DNA from: an uncultured virus (IMG/VR IMGVR_UViG_3300025413_000017)
Lineage: Duplodnaviria; Heunggongvirae; Uroviricota; Caudoviricetes
IMG/VR virus record: IMGVR_UViG_3300025413_000017
Span: 1-64,000 of that record
Length of the DNA: 64,000 bases
Reading direction: 5' to 3' (one strand)
A model generated the notes under the pieces. It saw nothing but the letters and a program-made list of their open reading frames with translations. It had not been told where the DNA came from and made no database searches. A program made the position numbers and the translations under genes. Each line of letters begins with the position of its first letter. Position 1 is the first letter of the stretch. Below are positions 49,083 to 58,548 of the stretch, in pieces.

Positions 49083-52000
49083 TTATGAAAGTCTAACAAT
49101 TGTTACTGAACCATTACGTGCATTACCGGTTAGTGCAGAATTGTTATCAGTACCATTAGTGTTTACTTGGTTAGCTCCAGAGTTATATGAACCACCACCA
49201 CCGCCACCACCCCATGAAGCCCAAGTACCATAACCACCACCACCATAGCCACCGCCACCACCTACAGCAAGTCCACCACCACCACCACCACCAAAACCAC
49301 CGTAACAATTATATGTACCCCAGCTTAGGTTTTCTTGAGAACCTATTCCACCGTTAGTAAATGATGTTGCTGCAGCACCACTACTATTGGTACCATTACC
49401 AGTATATCCTGCAGCATTTCCTTGTTGACCATTACCACCTACACCGTTTGGTCCAGTAGCTCCAACCCCACCGTTACCTTGCCCACCATTACTACCAAAT
49501 GTGTAAGTTGTCCCTCCACGACCATAGTTATAGGAAGGGTTACCAGTAAAAATCCAAGCACCTCCACCTCCACCTGCTACAATTAAAGCAGTTGCAGTAC
49601 TGGCAGTTGCACCTAATGCAACAAAAGTTCCTCCACCTGAACCAGCTTGCTGACCACCTTGTGAAAAGCCAATATTACTAGGTGCTGTTTGACCCACCAG
49701 TATAGTGAGTTGCTGACCCTGGGTGAGGGAGAAGTCACCCTGCATTACTGCACCACTACCACCATAATAACCATAACTAGTGCAGTTACCACCGGCAGCA
49801 CCACTTGCAGTTATTCGATAAGTTCCAGTTGCTGGTACTGTCCAAAGTTGATAACCATTGTAACTGCCTTGATTGAAGAATTGTGTATTACTTGACCAAC
49901 TAGTTGATTGATTAGATGAAAGTCCTGTAATGGCTTGTGCAAGGGATGGACCATTTTGCCCAGATACACCTGCACTTGTAAAGGAAAGACTTGTACCAAC
50001 TGGGAAGTTGTAAAGACCTGTTGAATATAAAACACCACTTGCTGCAACTTTACTACTTAATACAGTATAAGGCCTTCCAGCTTGATAAAGGTTTTGAATT
50101 TGAGCTGCGGAAAGGGCACTTCTAAATATTGCAACTTGATTTACATAGCCAGTATATTGAAAACCACCATTGGTACTAGCACCAATTACTAGACTACCAC
50201 TAGCAACCATGTTAGGTGCCATACTAGTAGATGTTCCATTTGCTACACCGTCTACATAAAGTTGGTAAGTTGTGTTTCCTGCACTAACAGCAGTGGCCTG
50301 AAGTGTGGCCATGTGCCAAGTTCCATCATTTACTTTTGTAGAACTAACTGGGCCACCCACAAATGCATTATCAACTTCAAGGTTACCAGTTGCATTGGTA
50401 AACATAAAAATACCATTATTAATAGCAGAGGCATTACTACCAATAACTACAAAGTCACCACGAGTACTTTGAGTAGTATTAAACCAGGCATTAATAGTGA
50501 AACTTTGATTATTTCCCCAGTTGGGAGTATAATTAGTGCTAACAATATTTTGACCGGCAGGATTAAAGTAAGCTGAATAATCGCTTGGTATTACAGGGTT
50601 AAACCCTTGTTGCACTTGAATAACATTACCACTGTAGTTACCAATGTAACCGTTAACAGAAGAATCGGTGGCTACACGAGTTGAGTTTGGGTCATTAAGT
50701 TTAAACCAGACATCTGGATTGTAACCTGAAAGAACTGTATCAAAGTTTAAATTATTTCTTAATACAGTAAATGTGTAAATATCAATACTATTAGCAACAC
50801 CACTTGATATAGGAGCTATACCACTAATTGTATTAAAATAGTAATTTTGACCAGAAGTTATTGTATAACCATCAACACTAATACCACTATAGTTACCACT
50901 TTGTAATAGTGCATAACCTGTACTTCCTTGAGTTGCAAGTAGGTTAGTTGTTATAGATTGGCCAGAATTCATTACAGTTGCAAGGGTATTGTTTGTAGTA
51001 ATATTAACTGTAAAGTTACCACTTGCTGGTACTGTGTAGAATGAAGTATTACCTGAGCTTGTATTAATAGTTAAACCACCATTAATACCAGTATTTAGAA
51101 TATTTATTGTTTCAAGTGGTGACTTAAGAATTGCATTATTTAATTTAGTACCTGGGGTAAATTGAGGAGTATAAACAATACCCGAACCTGTACTAGCCAA
51201 AGCTTGACCACTATAGGTGGCTGCAGGAAAGATTGCTTGGTTGACTAGTGCATTTGCTTCACGAAGTTCTACAGCAGTTAATACTGGAGTAACACTTGAA
51301 CCACTTGGGTGGACTTGAGCTGTAGTATTATCAATACCACGAGTTACTCCACTAACTGTAATTGAACCAGAACCAGTAAGATATGGAGAAATTGTATATA
51401 GACTTACAACATTAAGGTTACCAGCAGTATTGGTATTTGCAATATAAGCAAAGTTGCCACTAGGAGTAATTGCTAGTCCACCTGGTGCATTTAAATTGTA
51501 TTGGGTACCACTTATAGTATAAATAAGGTTATTGGTTGCTGTATCAAATACACTGATACTGTTACCACCAAGACTAGTAACAAAAAGATAATTACCACTT
51601 GTAGTAGTCTGCATTGACATAATGGTTTGAGTACCATTATTACCGGTGTTAAGAGTACCACCACTAATAATTGCAGTTACCGTATCAGTATTAGAGTTGA
51701 TTACACTAACTGAATTACCATTATAGTTCCAAACATAAACATAAGGAACTCCACTAACAGTTGTAGTAACTGAGGATAGAGGCGTATTAAACCCTGTGGT
51801 TAGACCACTAATAGTAGTAACATAAGTATTTGTATTTAGGTTAACAACAGTGATTTTATTTGCAGCTTGGTTACTAACATACATCTTACCATTAATAGCA
51901 GACATATTTCCAATATTACTAAAGTTGAAACTAGTACCACTCCATACAGTTGCAAGAGTATTGGTTGCAGTATTAATTACACTCACTGCATTATTAACAG

Positions 52001-52610
52001 GCCCTGCAACATAAAGAAAGTTACCACTACTAGTTGTTGTAGTAGTAATGTATTGAGAATTACCATTTAGTCCATAAGTTGCACCACTTAAAGTAGTAAT
52101 ATAGGCATTGGTAGTTGTGTTATAGACTAATACAAAACCAGAAGCATAACCACCAAAGTAAGTTTGGTTATTAGTAGAAAAAGCAGCTCCTTGAAGACCA
52201 AGAAGACTGGTATTATTACCGCTCAAAATTGTAGTTAGAGTATTTGTAGCTGTACTGAACACTCCGATATTACCAGAAATTTGCTGTGGCAAGAAAATTT
52301 TATCACCACTAGGAGTAATATAAGTATCTGCAATTACATTAGCACCACTACTAAAACCAGAAATGGTTGCATAAGGTGTATTAGTACCAGCAAATGCTCC
52401 AGAAATTACAGGTACATAAATCTTTTCTTCTGTGGTTTGACCATACTGAAGTGAAAGATTAAATCCATTACCAGAACCAAGAGTTGTCCATGTTGAACCA
52501 GTACCTGTTATAGTAATTGTAGTATCAGCGGCACCAATACCACTACCAGCAATAAAGCCTGGTGTTGCTCCACCTGTGTACGAGTTTAGTGAGTAAGGTA
52601 ATCTTGGCAT
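49083..52610 (-). CDS. Multidomain fibre: type A anchor + YVTN-like beta-propeller + LamG-like + fused type B glycine-rich tip
   Basis: Repeated YV.N....S[VI]SV[IF][ND]T.TN blades; FTINAWF, VNDGTWH and LYVDG LamG motifs; C-terminal type B domain. Confidence 0.75.
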   Translation of the reverse strand: MPRLPYSLNSYTGGATPGFIAGSGIGAADTTITITGTGSTWTTLGSGNGFNLSLQYGQTTEEKIYVPVISGAFAGTNTPYATISGFSSGANVIADTYITPSGDKIFLPQQISGNIGVFSTATNTLTTILSGNNTSLLGLQGAAFSTNNQTYFGGYASGFVLVYNTTTNAYITTLSGATYGLNGNSQYITTTTTSSGNFLYVAGPVNNAVSVINTATNTLATVWSGTSFNFSNIGNMSAINGKMYVSNQAANKITVVNLNTNTYVTTISGLTTGFNTPLSSVTTTVSGVPYVYVWNYNGNSVSVINSNTDTVTAIISGGTLNTGNNGTQTIMSMQTTTSGNYLFVTSLGGNSISVFDTATNNLIYTISGTQYNLNAPGGLAITPSGNFAYIANTNTAGNLNVVSLYTISPYLTGSGSITVSGVTRGIDNTTAQVHPSGSSVTPVLTAVELREANALVNQAIFPAATYSGQALASTGSGIVYTPQFTPGTKLNNAILKSPLETINILNTGINGGLTINTSSGNTSFYTVPASGNFTVNITTNNTLATVMNSGQSITTNLLATQGSTGYALLQSGNYSGISVDGYTITSGQNYYFNTISGIAPISSGVANSIDIYTFTVLRNNLNFDTVLSGYNPDVWFKLNDPNSTRVATDSSVNGYIGNYSGNVIQVQQGFNPVIPSDYSAYFNPAGQNIVSTNYTPNWGNNQSFTINAWFNTTQSTRGDFVVIGSNASAINNGIFMFTNATGNLEVDNAFVGGPVSSTKVNDGTWHMATLQATAVSAGNTTYQLYVDGVANGTSTSMAPNMVASGSLVIGASTNGGFQYTGYVNQVAIFRSALSAAQIQNLYQAGRPYTVLSSKVAASGVLYSTGLYNFPVGTSLSFTSAGVSGQNGPSLAQAITGLSSNQSTSWSSNTQFFNQGSYNGYQLWTVPATGTYRITASGAAGGNCTSYGYYGGSGAVMQGDFSLTQGQQLTILVGQTAPSNIGFSQGGQQAGSGGGTFVALGATASTATALIVAGGGGGAWIFTGNPSYNYGRGGTTYTFGSNGGQGNGGVGATGPNGVGGNGQQGNAAGYTGNGTNSSGAAATSFTNGGIGSQENLSWGTYNCYGGFGGGGGGGLAVGGGGGYGGGGYGTWASWGGGGGGGSYNSGANQVNTNGTDNNSALTGNARNGSVTIVRLS

Positions 52611-52648
52611 AATTTATTTGTCGTTACTTGAATGTCTTATAGTATATT

Positions 52649-53035
52649 TTACAGGGTTAATTGTAAATTTGAAGTTATCCAACTTTTAGAAGTTTCTTCC
52701 CATTCATAGATTTTCCCATCAGTTGGATAAGAAATAGGAGAATTCCATTGACCTGTCTTTGCATCTAATTTATCCCAGCTAGGGTATGGTTGGGGTGGTG
52801 AAAATATATCTAAATCTGGGTGATAGATGTATCCAATACCAGCATAATTTGCTCTCAATGGTTTACCTCCCAGATTGTGTTTTCCTAATCTAGTATTGTA
52901 ACTTGTTTGAATCCAGGTTCCTCCAAAATCACATTCATTAGCTAAATAATTTTGACCATCATTTTGATAAATATCATCAACAACAATTATTCTTAAAACT
53001 ATATTGTTTTTATCTATTTCTGCAAAGTGTGCCAT
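52649..53035 (-). CDS. Small fibre-associated (assembly-like) protein, MAHFAE type
   Basis: MAHFAEID..N.V...IVV, W.QTSYN, R.NYAGIGY and PPQPYPSW; a type commonly found beside glycine-rich phage genes. Confidence 0.7.
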   Translation of the reverse strand: MAHFAEIDKNNIVLRIIVVDDIYQNDGQNYLANECDFGGTWIQTSYNTRLGKHNLGGKPLRANYAGIGYIYHPDLDIFSPPQPYPSWDKLDAKTGQWNSPISYPTDGKIYEWEETSKSWITSNLQLTL

Positions 53036-53036
53036 A

Positions 53037-53885
53037 TTATGCAATATAAGTCAAGATTATTATACCTGACCCTCCGGATTTAGGATTGTTATCAAAAGTA
53101 CCACAACCACCTCCACCACCCCCGGTTTGAGGTGTTCCAGCAACTGATACATTTATATTTGTTCCACCAGCACCACCCCCACCTATACCACCTGCAGCTT
53201 GAGGTGTAGAACTACCTCCACCCCCACCACCTCCGGCTAAAATAAAAGTTCCTGAGGCAGTTACAAATGTACCACCCGAACCGCCTGCACTACCTGGGTT
53301 TTGTTGACCAGATATGTCTGTACCAGGTGCCGCATAACCACCACCACCAGATGCCCCGTACTGTCCACCGGATGTAGCATTTCCTCCCCTATTACCTTGG
53401 CCTACTGTCCCATTACCACCAACTTGACGATTAGCTCCACCACCAGATCCACCACCGGTTACACCTTGGGCTAATCCTTGACCACCACCACCTCCACCAA
53501 CTGCAGTAGTTACAGAACCAAAAGTTGTAGGATTACCTACAGAACCAGCTGTCACAGCACTTGAATCTGCAGAACCAATTCCAGCAGCACCACCTGCACC
53601 AACACTATAAGAAATTCCTGTACCAGTTACACCTGTCAATATACCACTAACAACACCTCCGGCACCTCCACCCCCACCACCAGTGGCATTACTCCATCCA
53701 CCTCCTCCACCTCCACCACCTGCTACAAGTATATAACTTATTCCTTGAGCAGTAAGTGTTGGGGGAGAATTAAAAACACCAGTACCAGAAAGTATTATTT
53801 GATATAACTTAGTAGGTATAACAGGTACACCTCCAACTCCATAAGCTTGAGCACTAGCTGTTCCAATAGTTTCAAGGAAAGGCAT
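53037..53885 (-). CDS. Glycine-rich domain fibre tip protein (type B leader, different Gly-rich subtype)
   Basis: MPFLETIGTASAQAYG leader, YILVAGGGGGG and GGSGIIIL.Y. Confidence 0.7.
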   Translation of the reverse strand: MPFLETIGTASAQAYGVGGVPVIPTKLYQIILSGTGVFNSPPTLTAQGISYILVAGGGGGGGGWSNATGGGGGGAGGVVSGILTGVTGTGISYSVGAGGAAGIGSADSSAVTAGSVGNPTTFGSVTTAVGGGGGGQGLAQGVTGGGSGGGANRQVGGNGTVGQGNRGGNATSGGQYGASGGGGYAAPGTDISGQQNPGSAGGSGGTFVTASGTFILAGGGGGGGSSTPQAAGGIGGGGAGGTNINVSVAGTPQTGGGGGGCGTFDNNPKSGGSGIIILTYIA

Positions 53886-53887
53886 AG

Positions 53888-55522
53888 TTAGAAAGTTGTC
53901 TTACTCGCTAATACTGTATATGGAACTCCAGCTTGGTATAATGATAATACTTGAGCAGCTGAAAGTGTAGAGGTAAATAATATAACTTCAGAAATTGTTC
54001 CAGGAAAAATTCTTTGAAAACTTGGAGAAACTGCATCTGATCCAATACTCAATATTCCAGTGGGAGCTAAAGCAACAGTTCCAGTATCTGTATATACTTG
54101 AAAACCATCTAGATAAAAACGAGGGTAACCTGAAGAATCTAGGGTCATTACTACAAAATGCCAACCCGGGGTTACTACAACGCCTGTTGGTATCCAACGA
54201 GTTAATTCAAATAATCCTTGTAGAGTATTACCTAAAGCATCAGCGTTTGGAGCACTATTAGAACCAATACCAAAACCATAACCAGTACTAGTAGCTGCAT
54301 TATGTAGCATTAGTATTATACCACTAGAAGTAGCTGCTGGCATATTGAACCATGCACCCATTGATACGTTAGTAGTTGCAGTAACTCCTGTGTTAGAAGT
54401 AATATAACCAGAACTTGCATTAACATTAAATCCACTAACTGTAGTTAAATAGGGGAAAGGACCTGACTGTCCAAAGTTAATTGTTCCTGTAACAGTACCA
54501 GTATATCCATTACCTGAGCTATCTGCAGCAGTGGTTGAACCAGCAGGTTCTCCCAACTTATACCAAGCTCTAGGAGATAATGCAGCTACTTGAGTTTCAT
54601 AAGAAGACCCATATGGAGAATAAAGTGCAGTAACAGAATAAATATCAATACCATTGGCATTACCACTACCAGGAGCTGTACCACCTTGCCAATAAACTTG
54701 CCCTGAACTTATTACAACATTATCAATAGAAATAGGACTACTACCAAGAAGTCCACTTGTTGTTGCATAAGCTGGAGAACCTTGCTTGGTTAATATAGTA
54801 GTAGTAATTGCTGTACCAGTAGTTAAAGTAGGGCCAAGGTTACCACTTGAAGTAATATTTAAATTAAATGTTCCAGTTGCTGCAGAACTATAATACCAAA
54901 CACTGCCTGAGCTAGTTGAAATTGTAGTTGTTCCATTTACTCCTGCATTAACAACATTAATCTTTTCATACCCTGCTTGTAAAATTGGATTGACAAGTGT
55001 AGAATTTGTATTTAAAGTTCCACTTGTTGTACCACCACGAATACTACCATTGGATATAATAGGATAAGAAATAACAGTTCCAGAAGAAACTGTAGCATTC
55101 CCATAAGATATTCCTGTACCATTAGATACTAATGCTTGACCACTGGAGGTAGTAACGTTGAGTAAAGTTTGACTTACTAGTAGATTGGCTTCCGTTAAAT
55201 CTACTGCTGTTAAGATAGGAACAGCACTTACACCAGCAAGTTGCAATTGTGCAGTTGTTCCATCAATACCTCTACTTACTCCACTAATAGTTACTGAGCC
55301 AGAAGCCCAGTTATAAGACCCGGCAGGACAATATATCTTTTCTTCAGTGGTTTGGCCATAATTGAGGGCAAGGTTAAAACCCCCAGATGTACCAAGGTTA
55401 TTCCAGGCACTTGTAGTACCGGTAATTGTAATTGTAGTTACACCAGATGCTACACCAGTAAAAAGAGTCCCGGCTGGGGCTCCTCCTACATAGGTGTTCT
55501 GGCTATATGATGTCCGTGGCAT
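53888..55522 (-). CDS. Fibre anchor protein (type A) with an inserted LamG-like domain
   Basis: MPRTSYSQNTYVGGA; P.AWYKLGE...ADSSGNG, WHFVVMT and FYLDG; ends PYTVLASKTTF. Confidence 0.72.
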   Translation of the reverse strand: MPRTSYSQNTYVGGAPAGTLFTGVASGVTTITITGTTSAWNNLGTSGGFNLALNYGQTTEEKIYCPAGSYNWASGSVTISGVSRGIDGTTAQLQLAGVSAVPILTAVDLTEANLLVSQTLLNVTTSSGQALVSNGTGISYGNATVSSGTVISYPIISNGSIRGGTTSGTLNTNSTLVNPILQAGYEKINVVNAGVNGTTTISTSSGSVWYYSSAATGTFNLNITSSGNLGPTLTTGTAITTTILTKQGSPAYATTSGLLGSSPISIDNVVISSGQVYWQGGTAPGSGNANGIDIYSVTALYSPYGSSYETQVAALSPRAWYKLGEPAGSTTAADSSGNGYTGTVTGTINFGQSGPFPYLTTVSGFNVNASSGYITSNTGVTATTNVSMGAWFNMPAATSSGIILMLHNAATSTGYGFGIGSNSAPNADALGNTLQGLFELTRWIPTGVVVTPGWHFVVMTLDSSGYPRFYLDGFQVYTDTGTVALAPTGILSIGSDAVSPSFQRIFPGTISEVILFTSTLSAAQVLSLYQAGVPYTVLASKTTF

Positions 55523-55556
55523 GATTATCCTTCAGGCTAGCTAGTAGCCAAGTAAA

Positions 55557-56102
55557 TCAAGCAGGGTACGGAGCAGACTGCCAGGTAGGTGTGATTGAAA
55601 GTGAGTCACCAGAAGCAAGAGTAACTGTTCCAAGGTCTGCAAATGGTGCATACCAAAGTACAACTGCAGGGATTGGTGAAGCTGCTGGGTTACTTGCTGA
55701 ACCAACACCACTCATGGTTGCAATGAAGATACCGTTGATGTTAGCCCAAGTTCCACTCTGGCAGGTAAAGGTCTGTGCTGAACCGTAAGTACTCTGTTGA
55801 ACGTTAATAGTGTTAGCACCGATAACTGTAGTACCGGCAGTTGGAGCACCCCAAGTACCAGAAGCAAGGAAGGCACGTGAGTAACCAATACCTGAAACAG
55901 CAGCCAACTCGGTTACAGGGTATGTACCTGAGTTAAGTGTAATGTTAGTATTAGCAGTACCATACCCTTGAACAGTACCCCATGAGGTAGTGAAAAGACC
56001 AAGGTAAGTACCTGAAGTTACAGCCTGTGAACCTCTAGGGACAATATTAAGAAGGAAGTTAAGTCCTTCTTGTGGGAATACGTAGTTTGATGAGGAAGCC
56101 AT
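55557..56102 (-). CDS. Small beta-sandwich virion fibre subunit
   Basis: YLGLFT...E....GYSR.....W....F.....W..I.G.F ... L.SGDSL..T pattern; strong RBS. Confidence 0.6.
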   Translation of the reverse strand: MASSSNYVFPQEGLNFLLNIVPRGSQAVTSGTYLGLFTTSWGTVQGYGTANTNITLNSGTYPVTELAAVSGIGYSRAFLASGTWGAPTAGTTVIGANTINVQQSTYGSAQTFTCQSGTWANINGIFIATMSGVGSASNPAASPIPAVVLWYAPFADLGTVTLASGDSLSITPTWQSAPYPA

Positions 56103-56116
56103 CTTTTAACCTTTCT

Positions 56117-56716
56117 TTACTGAAATTGTATATCTATAGTGAATTGAATAGTGTCACCGGCACTCAAACTAAGTCCAACAAAGTTAGTCTTAGCAATCAT
56201 TCCACTACCTTGAGTAATCCAAGTAGTCGCTGGAATGCTGGTTAATGCTGTTGAACCATTTTGCCCTCTAAGTACATAAAGAGTTTGATAGTTGTCTCCA
56301 CTAACTACTGTCATTACTTCTGATGCAACTTGAATATTAAAAGGATATTGAGTTGGCCAGTTGTAGTAGTTACTTGGATAAATAAAACTTTGGGAGTTTG
56401 AATTAACCTGTTGTGTTAGTTGCCCTTGGATAGGAGCTGTAAAACCAGTAAAGAGTCCAAGGTTAGTTAGAGTTTGTGTTGCTGAACTTGAAAAAAGTCC
56501 TACCCATTGGTAGGTATCTCCACTAGTGGTTGTAGTAACTTGACTAACATTACCACCAGTTCGAGCTTGTACTTCTTCAAATAAAGCTACATCAGTAGCA
56601 CTTGCTGTACCACTTGCAACTCCGACTCCAAGCCAGGGAGCATTTGCTCCGGCAGTTCCAGAAACTAAAGCTCGTACGATTGAACTTCTCGTACTTGCTG
56701 TTATTGTTCCTGCCAT
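56117..56716 (-). CDS. Small virion fibre subunit with an inserted beta-domain
   Basis: G.G...A.ATD.ALF.E...R, DTY, GLF and F....L.AGD.IQFT motifs. Confidence 0.6.
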   Translation of the reverse strand: MAGTITASTRSSIVRALVSGTAGANAPWLGVGVASGTASATDVALFEEVQARTGGNVSQVTTTTSGDTYQWVGLFSSSATQTLTNLGLFTGFTAPIQGQLTQQVNSNSQSFIYPSNYYNWPTQYPFNIQVASEVMTVVSGDNYQTLYVLRGQNGSTALTSIPATTWITQGSGMIAKTNFVGLSLSAGDTIQFTIDIQFQ

Positions 56717-56841
56717 TCTGGTTCCTTAGACTCATCAGCTGATGTCAAGAGAAGTTCCCCCATATCTTCCCTTGACCCATCTGCTTTAATTTTTGTAACT
56801 CTCACCGTTAGCTTAGTACTAACTGGATTAATTCCATCCAT
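56701..56841 (-). CDS. Small protein (46 aa, MDGINPVSTKLTVRVTKIKADGSREDMGELLL...)
   Basis: Read by hand; fills the gap and overlaps the next start by 16 nt. Confidence 0.55.
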   Translation of the reverse strand: MDGINPVSTKLTVRVTKIKADGSREDMGELLLTSADESKEPEWQEQ

Positions 56842-56847
56842 ATTAAA

Positions 56848-57558
56848 TTAGCACTGCTGTTGCTTAGTGTTCTTTTGCTTAGTCTGGTTAAGGTTGCTTT
56901 GGTAAACATTAAAGTAACCAGTCAACTGTTGAGTCTCAAGTCCACCATCAGGACCGTTACCGGTACGAATCTGGCGAACTTGTTGTTGAACAATTGTAGT
57001 GGTGTCTTGAACTACTGCACCGTTACCAATAACTTGATAAGCGTGTACTGTTGCGTCATCAATCCAAGTTGGAACAGCGTTAGGTGTTCCGTAGTAGTTA
57101 GGATAAGCAGTTGTTCCACTTGCAGTTGTAATGTTAATGTTAGTTGCAGTAGCAGTTGAACCACTTGTACTAAGTACAGGAAGAGCAGCACCAGTTGCAC
57201 TAGAGAATACAATTTGTGTAGTTGTCTGTCCAAGAAGTTGAGCAGTGTTACTACTAGATCCAGCAGCAATTACTGAAAAGGCAATTGTACTAGGAATAAC
57301 AGCTTGAAGACCACTAACAAGTGCACCAACAGTTGAGTTACCTGTAAGTCCTGCAGTATTGAAAGTTGTTCCACCAACACTACCTGAAATGGTAAATGCA
57401 GTAGTAAGGTCAGTTACTACAAGCTTGTAAAGTCCACTAGGTGTAGTTGCAGCATTAATAATCTGCAATGGGTTTGGCATGTAAGATGTAGCAGCAGAAT
57501 TTTGACGAATCGTCTGCTTCGTTAGCTGCTCAGATGTTACGTTTGGTGTTGTAGCCAT
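56848..57558 (-). CDS. Putative virion structural protein
   Basis: Thr/Ser/Ala-rich; lies in the head operon; TAATG-coupled. Confidence 0.55.
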   Translation of the reverse strand: MATTPNVTSEQLTKQTIRQNSAATSYMPNPLQIINAATTPSGLYKLVVTDLTTAFTISGSVGGTTFNTAGLTGNSTVGALVSGLQAVIPSTIAFSVIAAGSSSNTAQLLGQTTTQIVFSSATGAALPVLSTSGSTATATNINITTASGTTAYPNYYGTPNAVPTWIDDATVHAYQVIGNGAVVQDTTTIVQQQVRQIRTGNGPDGGLETQQLTGYFNVYQSNLNQTKQKNTKQQQC

Positions 57559-57833
57559 TATAGTCCGCTTCCTTCTCTACGTGAGTTGTATTGTCCGCTT
57601 TGGAAAACAAAGCCATTGTTATTTGTACCCATGTATCCATTACCAGAAACTGTAGGTGTAGCGTATCCGTTACTTACAGCACCTGGGAAGGTTTGGGGTA
57701 GGAATGGGTAGTACCAGCCTAGACTTGTTTGTGTCTGTGTATTAAGTGCTCCTGAAGGAACAATAATAGTTAGTGGTTCTGTTGAAACGGAAGAATCCAG
57801 TCCCAACTGTGGGGTCGACTTTTCTTCGCTCAT
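57558..57833 (-). CDS. Hypothetical protein
   Basis: AAGGAG RBS; coupled to the next gene. Confidence 0.55.
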   Translation of the reverse strand: MSEEKSTPQLGLDSSVSTEPLTIIVPSGALNTQTQTSLGWYYPFLPQTFPGAVSNGYATPTVSGNGYMGTNNNGFVFQSGQYNSRREGSGL

Positions 57834-57848
57834 TTAAGCTCCTTATAG

Positions 57849-57877
57849 ACGGGAACTGAACTCCCGTTTTTTATTTT
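57849..57877 (+). terminator. Intrinsic terminator-like hairpin with the T-tract on the antisense (+) strand
   Basis: ACGGGA-actgaac-TCCCGT followed by TTTTTATTTT. Confidence 0.45.
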
Positions 57878-58425
57878 AGATTTGTGGGTCTGTTAGACTC
57901 GCCCCAAATTTGTTGAGGTGTCATAGATGGTCCCTTTGGCTCTGCCTCATCTGGTAGGTCAATCTTGTACATACCATTATTTTCTGAAGCATTATCGCCA
58001 AGACTTTCCATCAGGTGACTGAGGTGGTCATCTTGTTCATTGGACTCTTCGGCCAATTCATTGATTCTAGTTATTGCTTCTTCATCATTCAAGAAACGGA
58101 TACGACCTCTTTGTACAGCTCTTAGAACAAAAGGGTCACGTCTCAACTCTTCAGTAATGGTTTGAACACTTCCGTGAATACCATGTGCCAATAGTTTAAA
58201 CGAGCCCTTAGGACTTGAAAAATTAGTAGCCGAAGGCATCAAATTTTCAATCCAAGAACCAGTGTTAATGCTCTCCAATCCCTTGGTAGAGAATGAAGGT
58301 GTAACACGAGCAGCAGATAGATCCACTGGATCTGCCTTGTGCTCTACATAAATGCCATCGTCAAATGGGACATTTACAGGGGTACTATTTCCGTTATCTC
58401 CGGAACGTGATACAGTTTTAGCCAT
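57871..58425 (-). CDS. Hypothetical protein downstream of the major capsid gene
   Basis: AAGGAG RBS; 184 aa. Confidence 0.6.
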   Translation of the reverse strand: MAKTVSRSGDNGNSTPVNVPFDDGIYVEHKADPVDLSAARVTPSFSTKGLESINTGSWIENLMPSATNFSSPKGSFKLLAHGIHGSVQTITEELRRDPFVLRAVQRGRIRFLNDEEAITRINELAEESNEQDDHLSHLMESLGDNASENNGMYKIDLPDEAEPKGPSMTPQQIWGESNRPTNLK

Positions 58426-58505
58426 TTTACTTCTCCTTGTTTCAAGGCAATTTACATATTTTGTAAACTGCTAACAGATCTAGGAAATCAGAATCTGCGA
58501 GGGGT

Positions 58506-58548
58506 GGGTAGGAGCCAGAAGGCGGTGGAGGGCATCTGACCCCTACCC
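58506..58548 (-). ncRNA. 14-bp GC-rich hairpin with a C-rich loop (UGCCCUCCACCGCCU) in the capsid 3' intergenic region
   Basis: GGGTAGGGGTCAGA/TCTGGCTCCTACCC stem; no U-tract follows. Confidence 0.5.

Noticed and set aside
32964..55522. CRISPR array, tandem repeat array or diversity-generating retroelement
   Set aside because: The repetitive look comes from Gly codon runs (ccacca) and paralogous genes. I saw no spaced direct repeats, no reverse transcriptase and no adenine-specific TR/VR pair.
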